64,000 nt of DNA from Polyangiales bacterium (GTDB lineage: Bacteria > Myxococcota_A > Polyangia > Polyangiales > JADJQN01). The DNA is taken from positions 544,001-608,000 of the forward strand of contig CAXNJO010000001.1 in the NCBI GenBank assembly GCA_964202905.1, read 5' to 3'. Of the stretch, positions 40,410 to 48,849 are shown piece after piece; positions within the stretch are counted from its first letter, which is position 1, and each line of letters opens with the position of its first letter. The notes beneath the pieces are model-generated. The model had not been told where the DNA came from and ran no database searches. It saw only the letters and a list, made by a program, of their open reading frames with translations. Both the position numbers and the translations under genes were made by a program.

Positions 40410-40474
40410 TCTCCCTGAAATCGCGCGCGATCCGCGTGCCCGTCGCCCGCCTCTCCGCGTTATCCTGCGCGCCG

Positions 40475-42019
40475 ATGCGCCGCCTCCCACACCTCCGCGT
40501 CCTCCCTGCCTGCCTCGCTGCCTCGCTCTCCCTCTTCGCGGCCTGTGGCGACGACGACGCCACCGCGCCGCCCGACGCCGCGCTCCCCGTCGACGCAGGC
40601 GCCCCCGACGCCGGCCCGCGCGAATTGCCCGCCTGCGACGAGCCCGCCGGCCCCTTCGCGCCCCTCGCCCCGCGCTGCCGCCAGCTCGTCGACGACGAGG
40701 GCCGCGTCGTCTTCCTGCGCGGCGTGAACGCGCGCGTCGACGGCGTCTTCGACGTCACCTTCGACGACGGCCGCACCGCGCTCGAGCCCATCCCCACCTT
40801 CACGGTCGAAGACGCGCGTCGCCTCCGCGCGCTCGGCCTCAACGTGCTGCGCCTCCCCGTCAACTGGAGCGCGCTCGAGCCGCGCGACACCACGCCGCCC
40901 ACCTACGAGCCCGCCTTCCTCGACGCCCTCCAACGCATCGTCGACGACTGCCGCACGGCCGGCGTCTACGTCCTCATCGACTGGCATCAGGACGCGTATT
41001 CCAAAGAGATCGGCGAAGACGGCGCGCCGCTCTGGGCCATCTCCCCGCCGCCCGAGATGTTGCTGGAAGGCCCGCTCCTCGACCTTGAAGCGCGCCGCAC
41101 CTCCGGCCAGGTCGGCGCCGCCTTCGCGACCTTCTTTGGTGATGGTGCCGAGGGCGCGCGCCTCCGTGCCCGCTTCGCCGCCGCGGCCGCCCACGTCGCC
41201 GAGTTCTTCGTCGGCGATGAGGCCGTCGTTGGCTACGAGATCTACAACGAGCCTGTTGCAACCGACTTGCAGGTGCGCCGCCTCAACGAGGAGGTCGGCG
41301 CCGCGATCCGCGCGGTCGACGCGGCCCACCCGATCTTCTTCGAACCGCCCGTCATCCCGCGCACTTTCACCGATGCGGCGATGATCCCCGCGACGCCCTT
41401 CGCGCTCCCCGGCTCCGTCTACGCGCCGCACATCTACACGCTCTCCTTCACCGCGACGGATGAGCAGCGCATGCGCTTCACGCGCCGCACGCTCGCCGAG
41501 AGCCACGCCAACGCCGAGCGCGAGGCCCGCGCGTGGGGCTCGGCGACCTTCATCGGCGAGTGGGGATACGGCCCCGACGCCGTGCGCGCCGCGGACTACT
41601 ACGCGACGCAGGCCTCGCTCTTCGAGGAGTACGGCGAGAGCTGGGCCGTCTGGCTCTGGAAGGAGCAGTCGCAGGGCAGCTGGGGTGTCCACGATTACGA
41701 CGCCGACACCGACACCTGGTCCGAGCGCCCCACGATCCGCCGCGTCCTCTCGCGCCCCCGCGCCGAACGCATCGCCGGCTGGCCCCGCACCATGCGCTAC
41801 GACGAATCCACCCGTCGCTTCGAGCTGCGCTTCGACGGAAATCCCACGCTCACCGCGCCGACCGAGCTCTACATCCCCGAGCCCGCCGACTTCGCCGCCA
41901 ACTTCGCCATCACCTGCGATGGTGCCGAAATCCCGGCTTCCCGCGAGCCCGCCACGGGCCTCGTCCCCGTGACGTGCGGCGGTGCCGGCCTGCACACCCT
42001 GGTCATCGAGGCGCGCTGA
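40475..42019 (+). CDS. GH5 endoglycoceramidase-like lipoprotein
   Basis: Lipobox LFAAC; GRVVFLRGVN, RLPVNWSALEP, DWHQD, acid/base YEIYNEP, nucleophile FIGEWG; C-terminal beta domain. Confidence 0.85.
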   Translation: MRRLPHLRVLPACLAASLSLFAACGDDDATAPPDAALPVDAGAPDAGPRELPACDEPAGPFAPLAPRCRQLVDDEGRVVFLRGVNARVDGVFDVTFDDGRTALEPIPTFTVEDARRLRALGLNVLRLPVNWSALEPRDTTPPTYEPAFLDALQRIVDDCRTAGVYVLIDWHQDAYSKEIGEDGAPLWAISPPPEMLLEGPLLDLEARRTSGQVGAAFATFFGDGAEGARLRARFAAAAAHVAEFFVGDEAVVGYEIYNEPVATDLQVRRLNEEVGAAIRAVDAAHPIFFEPPVIPRTFTDAAMIPATPFALPGSVYAPHIYTLSFTATDEQRMRFTRRTLAESHANAEREARAWGSATFIGEWGYGPDAVRAADYYATQASLFEEYGESWAVWLWKEQSQGSWGVHDYDADTDTWSERPTIRRVLSRPRAERIAGWPRTMRYDESTRRFELRFDGNPTLTAPTELYIPEPADFAANFAITCDGAEIPASREPATGLVPVTCGGAGLHTLVIEAR

Positions 42020-42067
42020 ATGCGCGATTCACGCGCAGACATCACCAGGCAGGATGTGAATACCCCC

Positions 42068-43183
42068 TCACTCCGCCGCGTGACCCCGCTCCATGCGCCC
42101 CTGTTTGCTGCGCGCACCGCGTGACTGAACGACCCCGCTCGTGCGCTCGTGAAAGCGCATCGCGGGCGTGATGCCCGGTGCCATCCACGAGGGCTCGACC
42201 TCGCTCGACGGGAACATCTGCACGAAGGCGGGCGCCTCGGGCACGCGGTCTACGATCGAGCGCTCGACGATCATCGAGGTGTATTGCTCGGCCGCGAATT
42301 CGGGCGTGTTGCAGTTGAGGATCACCTCCGCATCGCGCTGCCGCGCGGCGAGCTGCAAACCCGTGATCGTCGAGGCGCCCGGCGACCACGAATCCGCGCT
42401 CGTGCCGTTTTCACTGCAACCAAAGACGCCGCCCGCCGCCTTCGCGAAGAGCGTCTGATTCCCGCTCGTGTGTCCGGGCGTGCGCAGCAGCAGGCAGCCC
42501 TCGCCGAGCGCGAGATCCGCATCGGTGAGCACCACGCGCTCGCGCGGAAGGCCCAGCTTCCCCTCCTCGACGTACCACGCGCGCTGGAGCGGGTGCAGCT
42601 CGTCCCAATCCTCCCACTCGCAGCGCGGCGCGAGCAGCAGCGCATTCGGGAAGCGCTCGGGAAACCCCCGCAAATCCTGCACATGGAAGTGGTCGAACGC
42701 GATCAGGTCGATGTCGGCCGGGTCGACGCCGAGCGCGCGCAATTGCACGTCCACCGTCGGCTGCGCGTCCTGGATCCGCCGCGACACCCACGCTCCCGTG
42801 CGGTCGAGCAGCTCCTTGTAATACCCGACCGCGCGCCCCGCCTCGACGTCGGTGGGATTGAAGAGGATGTTGCGCAGCGCCCCGCCCGCCCGCACCTGCA
42901 CGAGTAGCGCCCGGTGGTGCATCACGGTCATCGGCGCGGCCGGCGCGATCGCCGCGCCGTGAAACGCGAACGCCGTCGGATAGAGCAGCCGCGAGAGCGG
43001 CAGCGTCCGCACGGAGACGACCTCCGGCCCGCCGCGCAGCGCATCCCCGAGCTGTTCGGCCGCCCCGCGCAGCGCCCGCAATTTTGGACCCGCGCGGCGC
43101 ACCGTACGCGCCGAATCCAGATCGTGAATGCGCCGCACCCACGGCAGCCGCGCGTCGACCGACTCACCGAATTGCAGGGTCAT
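42068..43183 (-). CDS. Metallo-beta-lactamase-fold protein with divergent motif
   Basis: LGVDPADIDLIAFDHFHVQD and LLRTPGHTSGNQT. Confidence 0.75.
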   Translation of the reverse strand: MTLQFGESVDARLPWVRRIHDLDSARTVRRAGPKLRALRGAAEQLGDALRGGPEVVSVRTLPLSRLLYPTAFAFHGAAIAPAAPMTVMHHRALLVQVRAGGALRNILFNPTDVEAGRAVGYYKELLDRTGAWVSRRIQDAQPTVDVQLRALGVDPADIDLIAFDHFHVQDLRGFPERFPNALLLAPRCEWEDWDELHPLQRAWYVEEGKLGLPRERVVLTDADLALGEGCLLLRTPGHTSGNQTLFAKAAGGVFGCSENGTSADSWSPGASTITGLQLAARQRDAEVILNCNTPEFAAEQYTSMIVERSIVDRVPEAPAFVQMFPSSEVEPSWMAPGITPAMRFHERTSGVVQSRGARSKQGRMERGHAAE

Positions 43184-43278
43184 GCGGGCCTCGCGGGGAA
43201 GGAGAGCGTCATCCCGCGAGCCTGACCCACCCCGCCCCACCCACGCAACGCGGTCGGACGCCGCGTGCGGTCACCGCG

Positions 43279-44069
43279 TCAGTCGACCCCGTCGCAACGC
43301 ACGGGCTCACAGCGACCCGCACGGGAGCAGAAGCCGGATTCGCACTGCGACGTCATGCCGAGCAGGTGTCTCCATCCCAACGCCCCGGCGGGCAAATGCC
43401 ATCTTCGCAATAGTCACCCTCGCACTGGAGGAGTCCGGTGCCGCAGGTCGCTCCGATGGGCGCCCCTTCGCGACAACGTCCGTTGAAACACACGAGTCCG
43501 CGCGAGCAAATGTCATCGTTGATGCACGTCCCGCCGCGCGGAATGAACGCCCTGAAGGCGACCTTGCACATCACCCTCCGCGCAGTAGGTGATGCCGCTC
43601 TCCGTCGTTGCAATCGTAGTCGCTCCCGCACGTCATCTCCCGGAGAATCGCAGGCCGACGAGCACGTCGGCGCAGGCGCCCATCGAGAGCAGGCGCTCCG
43701 GGTCGGCGCCGCACGCGAGCGTCTGAAGCTGCGCGATGCACGCGGCGGCCTGCGCCGCTCGAGTACGCGATGGCCCCCGAGCGGAGGCCCAGCAGCGTGA
43801 CGGGTGAGCCAGTGCATCGATGTCCGCCGCAAACACATCTTCACACGTCGTCGACCTCACTCACCTCGATGCCAAAAGCACGATCGATGTCGGTGGCATT
43901 GCAGCAACGGACGCCCCAATCACAGACCGCGCTCGAAATACGCGGCTCGGAACGACTCGAGCTCTGCGACCGCATCGCGCCGCGCGTCTCGTCGCGGACG
44001 ACACAACCCGAAGTCATGAACAAGCACCACACGACACACACAGCACACGAAGACACGGATACGCGACAT
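43279..44069 (-). pseudogene. Cys-rich lipoprotein split across several frames
   Basis: Pieces join only by changing frame: MSRIRVFV / CVVWCLFMTSGC / AVCDWGVRCC / AAACIAQLQTLAC / GGTCINDDIC...GDTCSA / SQCESGFC...CDGVD*. Confidence 0.55.
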
Positions 44070-44404
44070 GGACGGCTCCTTGCGAGGTGCGCGCCGTATC
44101 GCGCGCGCGCGCGCGACGGTTGCGCGTGCCGCGCAGATTCTCGTCGTCGCGGATGTGCGCGAATCGCGGGCGTGCTTGGCAGCGTCAACGCCGCAGCGAG
44201 GGCCTGCGCCGCGAAGGGCGCGCGGCGCGATGCACGGGCTCGGCCGGGAGGACGATCTCTGGCACGCCCGCCGCGTCCTGCGGTGACGCGCGGTGTCGCC
44301 GCGAGCCGCGCCGTCCGCGCTGCCGCCAAACCATCACTCGCCCGGGGCGATCTCCGAATGGACCGTGGAGTCCCGCTCAGGGTCGACTCCGGGACGTCGG
44401 CCCC

Positions 44405-45507
44405 TCATTCCGCCCGGGGAGCGAACGAGAGCGGAAACGCATAGTCGACCGAGCCCCCCACGGGCCCGGGGCGCAAGCGGAAGCCTCTCATCACCCTCGT
44501 CACACACGCCGCGACGCTGCGGTCGCCAGTCGTGTTCTCCGACACGCGAACCGCAGATACCGTGCCTTCAGGCTGGATGGTGAAGGCGACGGTCATCGTG
44601 CCCGCGAGTCGCGGATGACTTCGCAACCCGCGCTCGTAGCAAGCACGGAGGAGCGCCGAGGCGCTGACCGCAGGGTGTTGAGCGATCGGAGCTGGGCGTC
44701 GAGTTGCCCGCGTCCGCCGCGTATCGCGCCCCCGTCGATGCGCACAGTCCCGCGCACCGGCGCAGGAGGTGTTTGCGTGGTGACGTCTGCGGCTGGGCGA
44801 AAGATGAAGGGATACGAGAAGTCGACCGAACCGCCGATGGGGCCGGGATTCCAGCGGAATCCCGACACGGTCTCCACGACGCGCGCGGTGACGGCCGGGC
44901 TTCCGAGCGTATCCGCAGCGGCATGCGCGTTCGACACCCTGCCTGTGGGCTCGACCGTGAACGCGACGGTCACCGTGCCCGCGAGCTGCGGGTCGTCGCG
45001 CAGCGCGTGCTCGTAGTAGGCGCGGAGCGCGAATGCGCGCTGCCGAATCACCCGAACGACCCGCGCCGGGTCGAGCCGGCCTTCCCCCCGAACGGCGCCG
45101 CCCCGACCGAGCTCCAGCCGCCCGCGTGGCGGCGTCTCGTAGCCCCCTGCTGCGTTCGGCCGTGGCACGCCGGTGACCGGCCCGCGCGTTGGAGAGTTGC
45201 CGTCTGCCGCGCCGTTCCCGCCTGGGAGGACGTTGCGCAATCCCTGATGGACGCCCTCGCCCGGGGCTCCCTCCGACGGGCTTTGCGAAGTCGCTGCGGA
45301 CCCGCGCTCCGGCGGTGCCGTGACCGTCTGCTGCGGTCGCGCGCACGCCGCCTCACAGACACGCGCACACGCGGCGGCCTCGGCGCCGGACCGATGCAGA
45401 CACTCCGTCGTGCAGCGCGCGCAATCGTCGGCCGACACCGGCGCTGCGAGCGACCCCACGACGAGAATCGCGCCCAGAGCGCCCAGCACGGCGGTGATCG
45501 ATCGCAT
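44405..45507 (-). pseudogene. Exported protein with two AgmX/PglI-type TonB_C-like domains; frameshift at ~44650-44695
   Basis: Signal peptide and Cys-rich N-terminus; domain 1 LRAYYEHALRDDPQLAGTVTVAFTV...YPFIF; domain 2, in another frame, LRACYERGLRSHPRLAGTMTVAFTI...FPLSF. Confidence 0.65.
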
Positions 45508-45578
45508 GCGCCTCCTCCTCACGAGCGCGAGGATGCCAGAAGACACGGGCCCGCCGCGCCCTGCGCAGCGCCGGCTGA

Positions 45579-45824
45579 TCGCGTCTCACGCTCCAGGGCG
45601 AGCTCGCCACGATCGCCGGCTGTGACGTCGACCTCGTCGACCTGCGCAGCGCCACCACCGTGATGCGCGCGCAGGTCTATCGCAGCGACCTCCTGCTCCA
45701 CGAAGGCGACCGCCACGCCCGCCAGTGGTTCGAGATGCTCGCGCTCTCCGACTACGCCCGCCTCAACGAAGAGCGCCGCGCCATCCTCGCCGACGTCCAC
45801 GCCCGCGGAAAGGTGTTCGGCTGA
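45579..45824 (+). pseudogene. mntA: C-terminal fragment of an MNT-type nucleotidyltransferase antitoxin
   Basis: DVDLVDLRSATTVMRAQV...SDYARLNEERRAILAD...GKVFG*. An in-frame TGA lies at 45576 and no GSx10DxD half is present; TGATG overlap with hepT. Confidence 0.8.
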
Positions 45825-46241
45825 TGGACGACGTGATCCTCCAGAAGAGCCGCCATCATCGAGCGCTGCCTGCGCCGCGTCCGCGAGGAGCACGCGGGCG
45901 ACGACGCGCGCCTCGACGACGTGACGCGCCTCGACGCCATCGTGCTGAACCTCCAACGCGCCTGCGAGGCCGCCATCGACCTCGCGATGCACCGCGTGCG
46001 CGTCCATCGCCTCGGCGTCCCCCAGGAGAGCCGCGAAGCCTTCGCCGCCCTCGCCCGCGCCGGCCTCCTCGACCCCGACCTCGCGACCGCGATGCAGCGC
46101 ATGGTGGGATTCCGCAACATCGCCGTGCACGACGACCAGGCCCTCAGCCTCGACATCGTGAAAGCCATCCTCGCCGGCCACCTCGGCGAACTTGAGCGCT
46201 TCGCGTCGGAGTCGGTCGCAGCTTCGGCAAGAAGCGAGTGA
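45824..46241 (+). pseudogene. hepT: HEPN (DUF86) ribonuclease toxin, frameshifted at ~45848
   Basis: MDDVILQK, then a shifted frame AAIIERCLRRVREE...LNLQRACEAAIDLA...MVGFRNIAVH (Rx4H motif). Confidence 0.85.
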
Positions 46242-46282
46242 TCAAGGCGTTCTCGTTGGAGAGCTCTTGAGCGGAAACGCAA

Positions 46283-46316
46283 CATGGCGATGACTTCAGA
46301 AGAGGTCACCGCCATG
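46283..46316. other. Inverted repeat / hairpin between convergent genes
   Basis: CATGGCGATGACTTC-agaa-GAGGTCACCGCCATG; 13 of 15 positions are Watson-Crick pairs; no U-tract. Confidence 0.5.
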
Positions 46317-46486
46317 CCCGCGGCTCAGCGATTCGGGCCGTCAGCGAATGGTGATGGTCAGCACGACTTCAGCCACCGCGACCACTGCTCTTCATCACAT
46401 GCCGCCACGAAGCGCTCATCAATGAAGGCAGAAGCGATTCACCCATCAAGACGGCATCATTACAAGCGTTTGTCTGGACAGCGAAC

Positions 46487-47185
46487 TCAGCAGCCGCCAA
46501 CGCACTCCATGGACTTGGCTCCGCATTCCGAAATGCACGAGCGCATGCCATTGCAGCGCAGAACGCAAGCGCTCTGCGCCGTTGCGCAACGCATCATGCA
46601 GCCGTTGTTGCCGCCTCCGGTTCCCGACGACCCTGTTGCAGACGTGCTTGACGAACCTATTGCACTAGGGCCTTCATTCGCAGGACCCCGCGCATATGTC
46701 CCAGTCCAACTGCTACAAAAACCCATGTTGTACTCTTCTGGGGCCGGGCGACCACCGCTCACATTTGCCTCCCTCGCCGCGGCGTCGGGGACAACCTCGA
46801 CCATGAGCGAACCATTCGCGAGGGTCACGGTTCCCTTACAATAATTCGTTACATCGGTGCCGGTACCCGAACCATGAAAGTCGCAAGACTCAGTGCTGGA
46901 GCAGGTGACGGTCAGATCCGTCATACGCTTCGTTGGTATACGCTGAGGAGGAAGGTTGCCGAACTGAACAAACCCCTCCAAGACCAGCGATCTCGGCTGC
47001 ACTGCCAACAGGGACCATTGACCAAGCATCGCCAGAGAAAATCGATCCTGTGGTTCAGGTGGTGTGGCTGCTGCCACCGGCGCCGCCGGCTCCGATTTTC
47101 CGCACCCGGTTGCCAGCGCGACGTAGCCTGCGAACCACGCAAGACTCAGGATAGATCCATACCCAAACATTCGCGGTCGATTCAT
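46487..47185 (-). CDS. Hypothetical lipoprotein with C-terminal 4 x CX3C domain
   Basis: Lipobox LATGC; Ser/Gly linker; CMMRC..CVLRC..CISEC..CVGGC at the extreme C-terminus; lower GC. Confidence 0.7.
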   Translation of the reverse strand: MNRPRMFGYGSILSLAWFAGYVALATGCGKSEPAAPVAAATPPEPQDRFSLAMLGQWSLLAVQPRSLVLEGFVQFGNLPPQRIPTKRMTDLTVTCSSTESCDFHGSGTGTDVTNYCKGTVTLANGSLMVEVVPDAAAREANVSGGRPAPEEYNMGFCSSWTGTYARGPANEGPSAIGSSSTSATGSSGTGGGNNGCMMRCATAQSACVLRCNGMRSCISECGAKSMECVGGC

Positions 47186-47326
47186 CACGGGATCTCCTAG
47201 TTTGTATTTCTTCAGTGCTGGAGCGCGCGCGATTGGCGTTTCGCGCGTGATGCGGTGCGATGCTCTGTCCATGAAGCACGCTGCTCATGAATACGATGCG
47301 CGGAGTCATTACCGCGAAGGCAACCT

Positions 47327-48241
47327 TCACGAGCCCTCGATGAACTCACGACAAAGCGCCACGACCTGCCGTTGGTCGATCTTCGAAAGAACGCCCCACC
47401 GTGAGAATATCTGGCGTCGCACGCTGACGACGCGGCGTCGGGTCGGGCGGTGAGTGACTCCCATGCAAAAGACATCGCCAACGTGGCGTTCGAATTCGAG
47501 GTGGCACTCGGAGTGCAGTTGTCCCCGAAGGATGTCGAAGCCCGCTCGGGATGCGACGACGACGCCCTTGCTCGGCATGCGAAGTGCGGCGCGCAGGCTT
47601 TCTCCCGCAAACCGCTGCAAAGGCCATGAAGACGAAGAAGCTGCCGTGAGGCCGTCCGATGCCGAATGAAACGGCCAGAGCTCCCACCCGATCGCATCGA
47701 GGCTCGCGTGCCACTGTCCCGCTACACCGGGATGTTCAACGCCTGCCACTTCATGAAGAAAGCGGTTTGCTCTCGTCCACCATGCTCCGTTGCCAACACT
47801 TGTGGGCGCGATGACGCGCTCATGCCACTCGGGAAAGAAATGGCTGCGAAAGCGCTCGTACTGGTCGAGGTCGACGGGAGCGCTCGCAGTGGTTCTCGCC
47901 GAATATCCTTTCTGCTTACGCTCTCGGGCGCTGGTCTGCTCATTCCAGCCGGGATTCGTGCTGACGAGGATGTAGGTCTGTCTCTCACTTGAAGCGGGCT
48001 GGAGCGCGCTCTCCACGGCGAGGTAGCCCACATCCGCAACCAGCCTCTGCTCTTTGGCGAGATGAAGTGTCTTGTTCGCTTCGTCGGCGAGTGCACGCGC
48101 GTTGGACGCCCATGCGTGGGCGAACTGGCGATGCCAAGTCGACAAGCTCGACCGATCCTTCACGGTCGACAACGCGTCCGCGTGCCGGTTGAGGAACGAA
48201 GCGAAGGGGTTGTCGGTGTTTGTTCGGGTACGTGGGGGCAA
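47327..48241 (-). CDS. Hypothetical protein, putative uracil-DNA-glycosylase superfamily (Brig1-like)
   Basis: Uninterrupted 304-aa ORF in lower-GC DNA; YILVSTNPG and IGWELWPFHS motifs with an alpha/beta pattern. The family call is from motif recall only; TTG start uncertain. Confidence 0.55.
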   Translation of the reverse strand: MPPRTRTNTDNPFASFLNRHADALSTVKDRSSLSTWHRQFAHAWASNARALADEANKTLHLAKEQRLVADVGYLAVESALQPASSERQTYILVSTNPGWNEQTSARERKQKGYSARTTASAPVDLDQYERFRSHFFPEWHERVIAPTSVGNGAWWTRANRFLHEVAGVEHPGVAGQWHASLDAIGWELWPFHSASDGLTAASSSSWPLQRFAGESLRAALRMPSKGVVVASRAGFDILRGQLHSECHLEFERHVGDVFCMGVTHRPTRRRVVSVRRQIFSRWGVLSKIDQRQVVALCREFIEGS

Positions 48242-48290
48242 GCGAAATCCTCGCGCGGCGATCCCATCCGACGCCGCGGGGGCCGACGAT

Positions 48291-48310
48291 ATACAACCAG
48301 TAGTCTGTAT
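48291..48310. promoter_or_regulatory. Putative operator ATACA-N10-TGTAT in a divergent intergenic region
   Basis: atacaaccagtagtctgtat is an AT-rich inverted repeat between the two divergent start codons. Confidence 0.45.
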
Positions 48311-48342
48311 TCAAGCGCGATGGCATCCCGTCCGCTTCGGGC

Positions 48343-48762
48343 GTGCCTCGGCGTGTCGAACCCACGGAGTACGCAGCGGAGGCCGAGCTGCGGTTCGCGC
48401 GGAGCAGTGGCTGGGTGGCGAGCAACACGCGGCAGCGGCGGGCGGCGAGCGGGCTCACGCAGCTCGAATTGGCCGAGCGTGCGGGGGTGTCGCTGCAATA
48501 CGTGACGCAGATGGAGTCGCCGACGGCGCGGCCGAATCTCACGCTGCGGGCGTTGTCGTCGGTGGCGGCGGCGCTCGATTGCGAGCCGTATCACCTGCTC
48601 TCGCCGGCCGACTCACCCACGCAGCGCCCCGTCGGGCGGCCGCCAGCGAGCGCGCCCATCGCCATGGTCGCTGAGCGCGCGGAGCAGGGTTATGGCAGGC
48701 AGCCGGGCTCGGGTATGCATGCGCCGACGCGGGCGAAGCGCCCATCGGGCAAGCGGCGCTGA
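48343..48762 (+). CDS. XRE-family helix-turn-helix regulator
   Basis: RRAASGLTQLELAERAGVSLQYVTQMES...NLTLRALSSVAAALDC. Confidence 0.88.
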   Translation: MPRRVEPTEYAAEAELRFARSSGWVASNTRQRRAASGLTQLELAERAGVSLQYVTQMESPTARPNLTLRALSSVAAALDCEPYHLLSPADSPTQRPVGRPPASAPIAMVAERAEQGYGRQPGSGMHAPTRAKRPSGKRR

Positions 48763-48849
48763 GCGTTCCGCCGGAGGTTCGCAGTGGGTGAAGACGATGT
48801 CCTCGTCACTCGCGAGAATCCCACTCTGCGCGACGGCGACACGTTTCGC

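Noticed and set aside
44100..44115. (CG)8 alternating tract, possible Z-DNA or hairpin
   Set aside because: CG runs are frequent in this genome and nothing supports a function.
46284..46844. Plus-strand 186-aa ORF in the island
   Set aside because: It overlaps antisense the better-supported lipoprotein gene (lipobox, ordered Cys pattern) and has no motifs of its own.
43250..48300. Integron cassette array (co-oriented orphans with an inverted TA pair)
   Set aside because: I found no RYYYAAC...GTTRRRY attC structures in the gaps and no integron integrase. IntegronFinder would settle it.
48780..48830. Imperfect nested hairpin between the XRE and dehydrogenase stop codons
   Set aside because: Short, interrupted stems with no U-tract; not distinguishable from chance.
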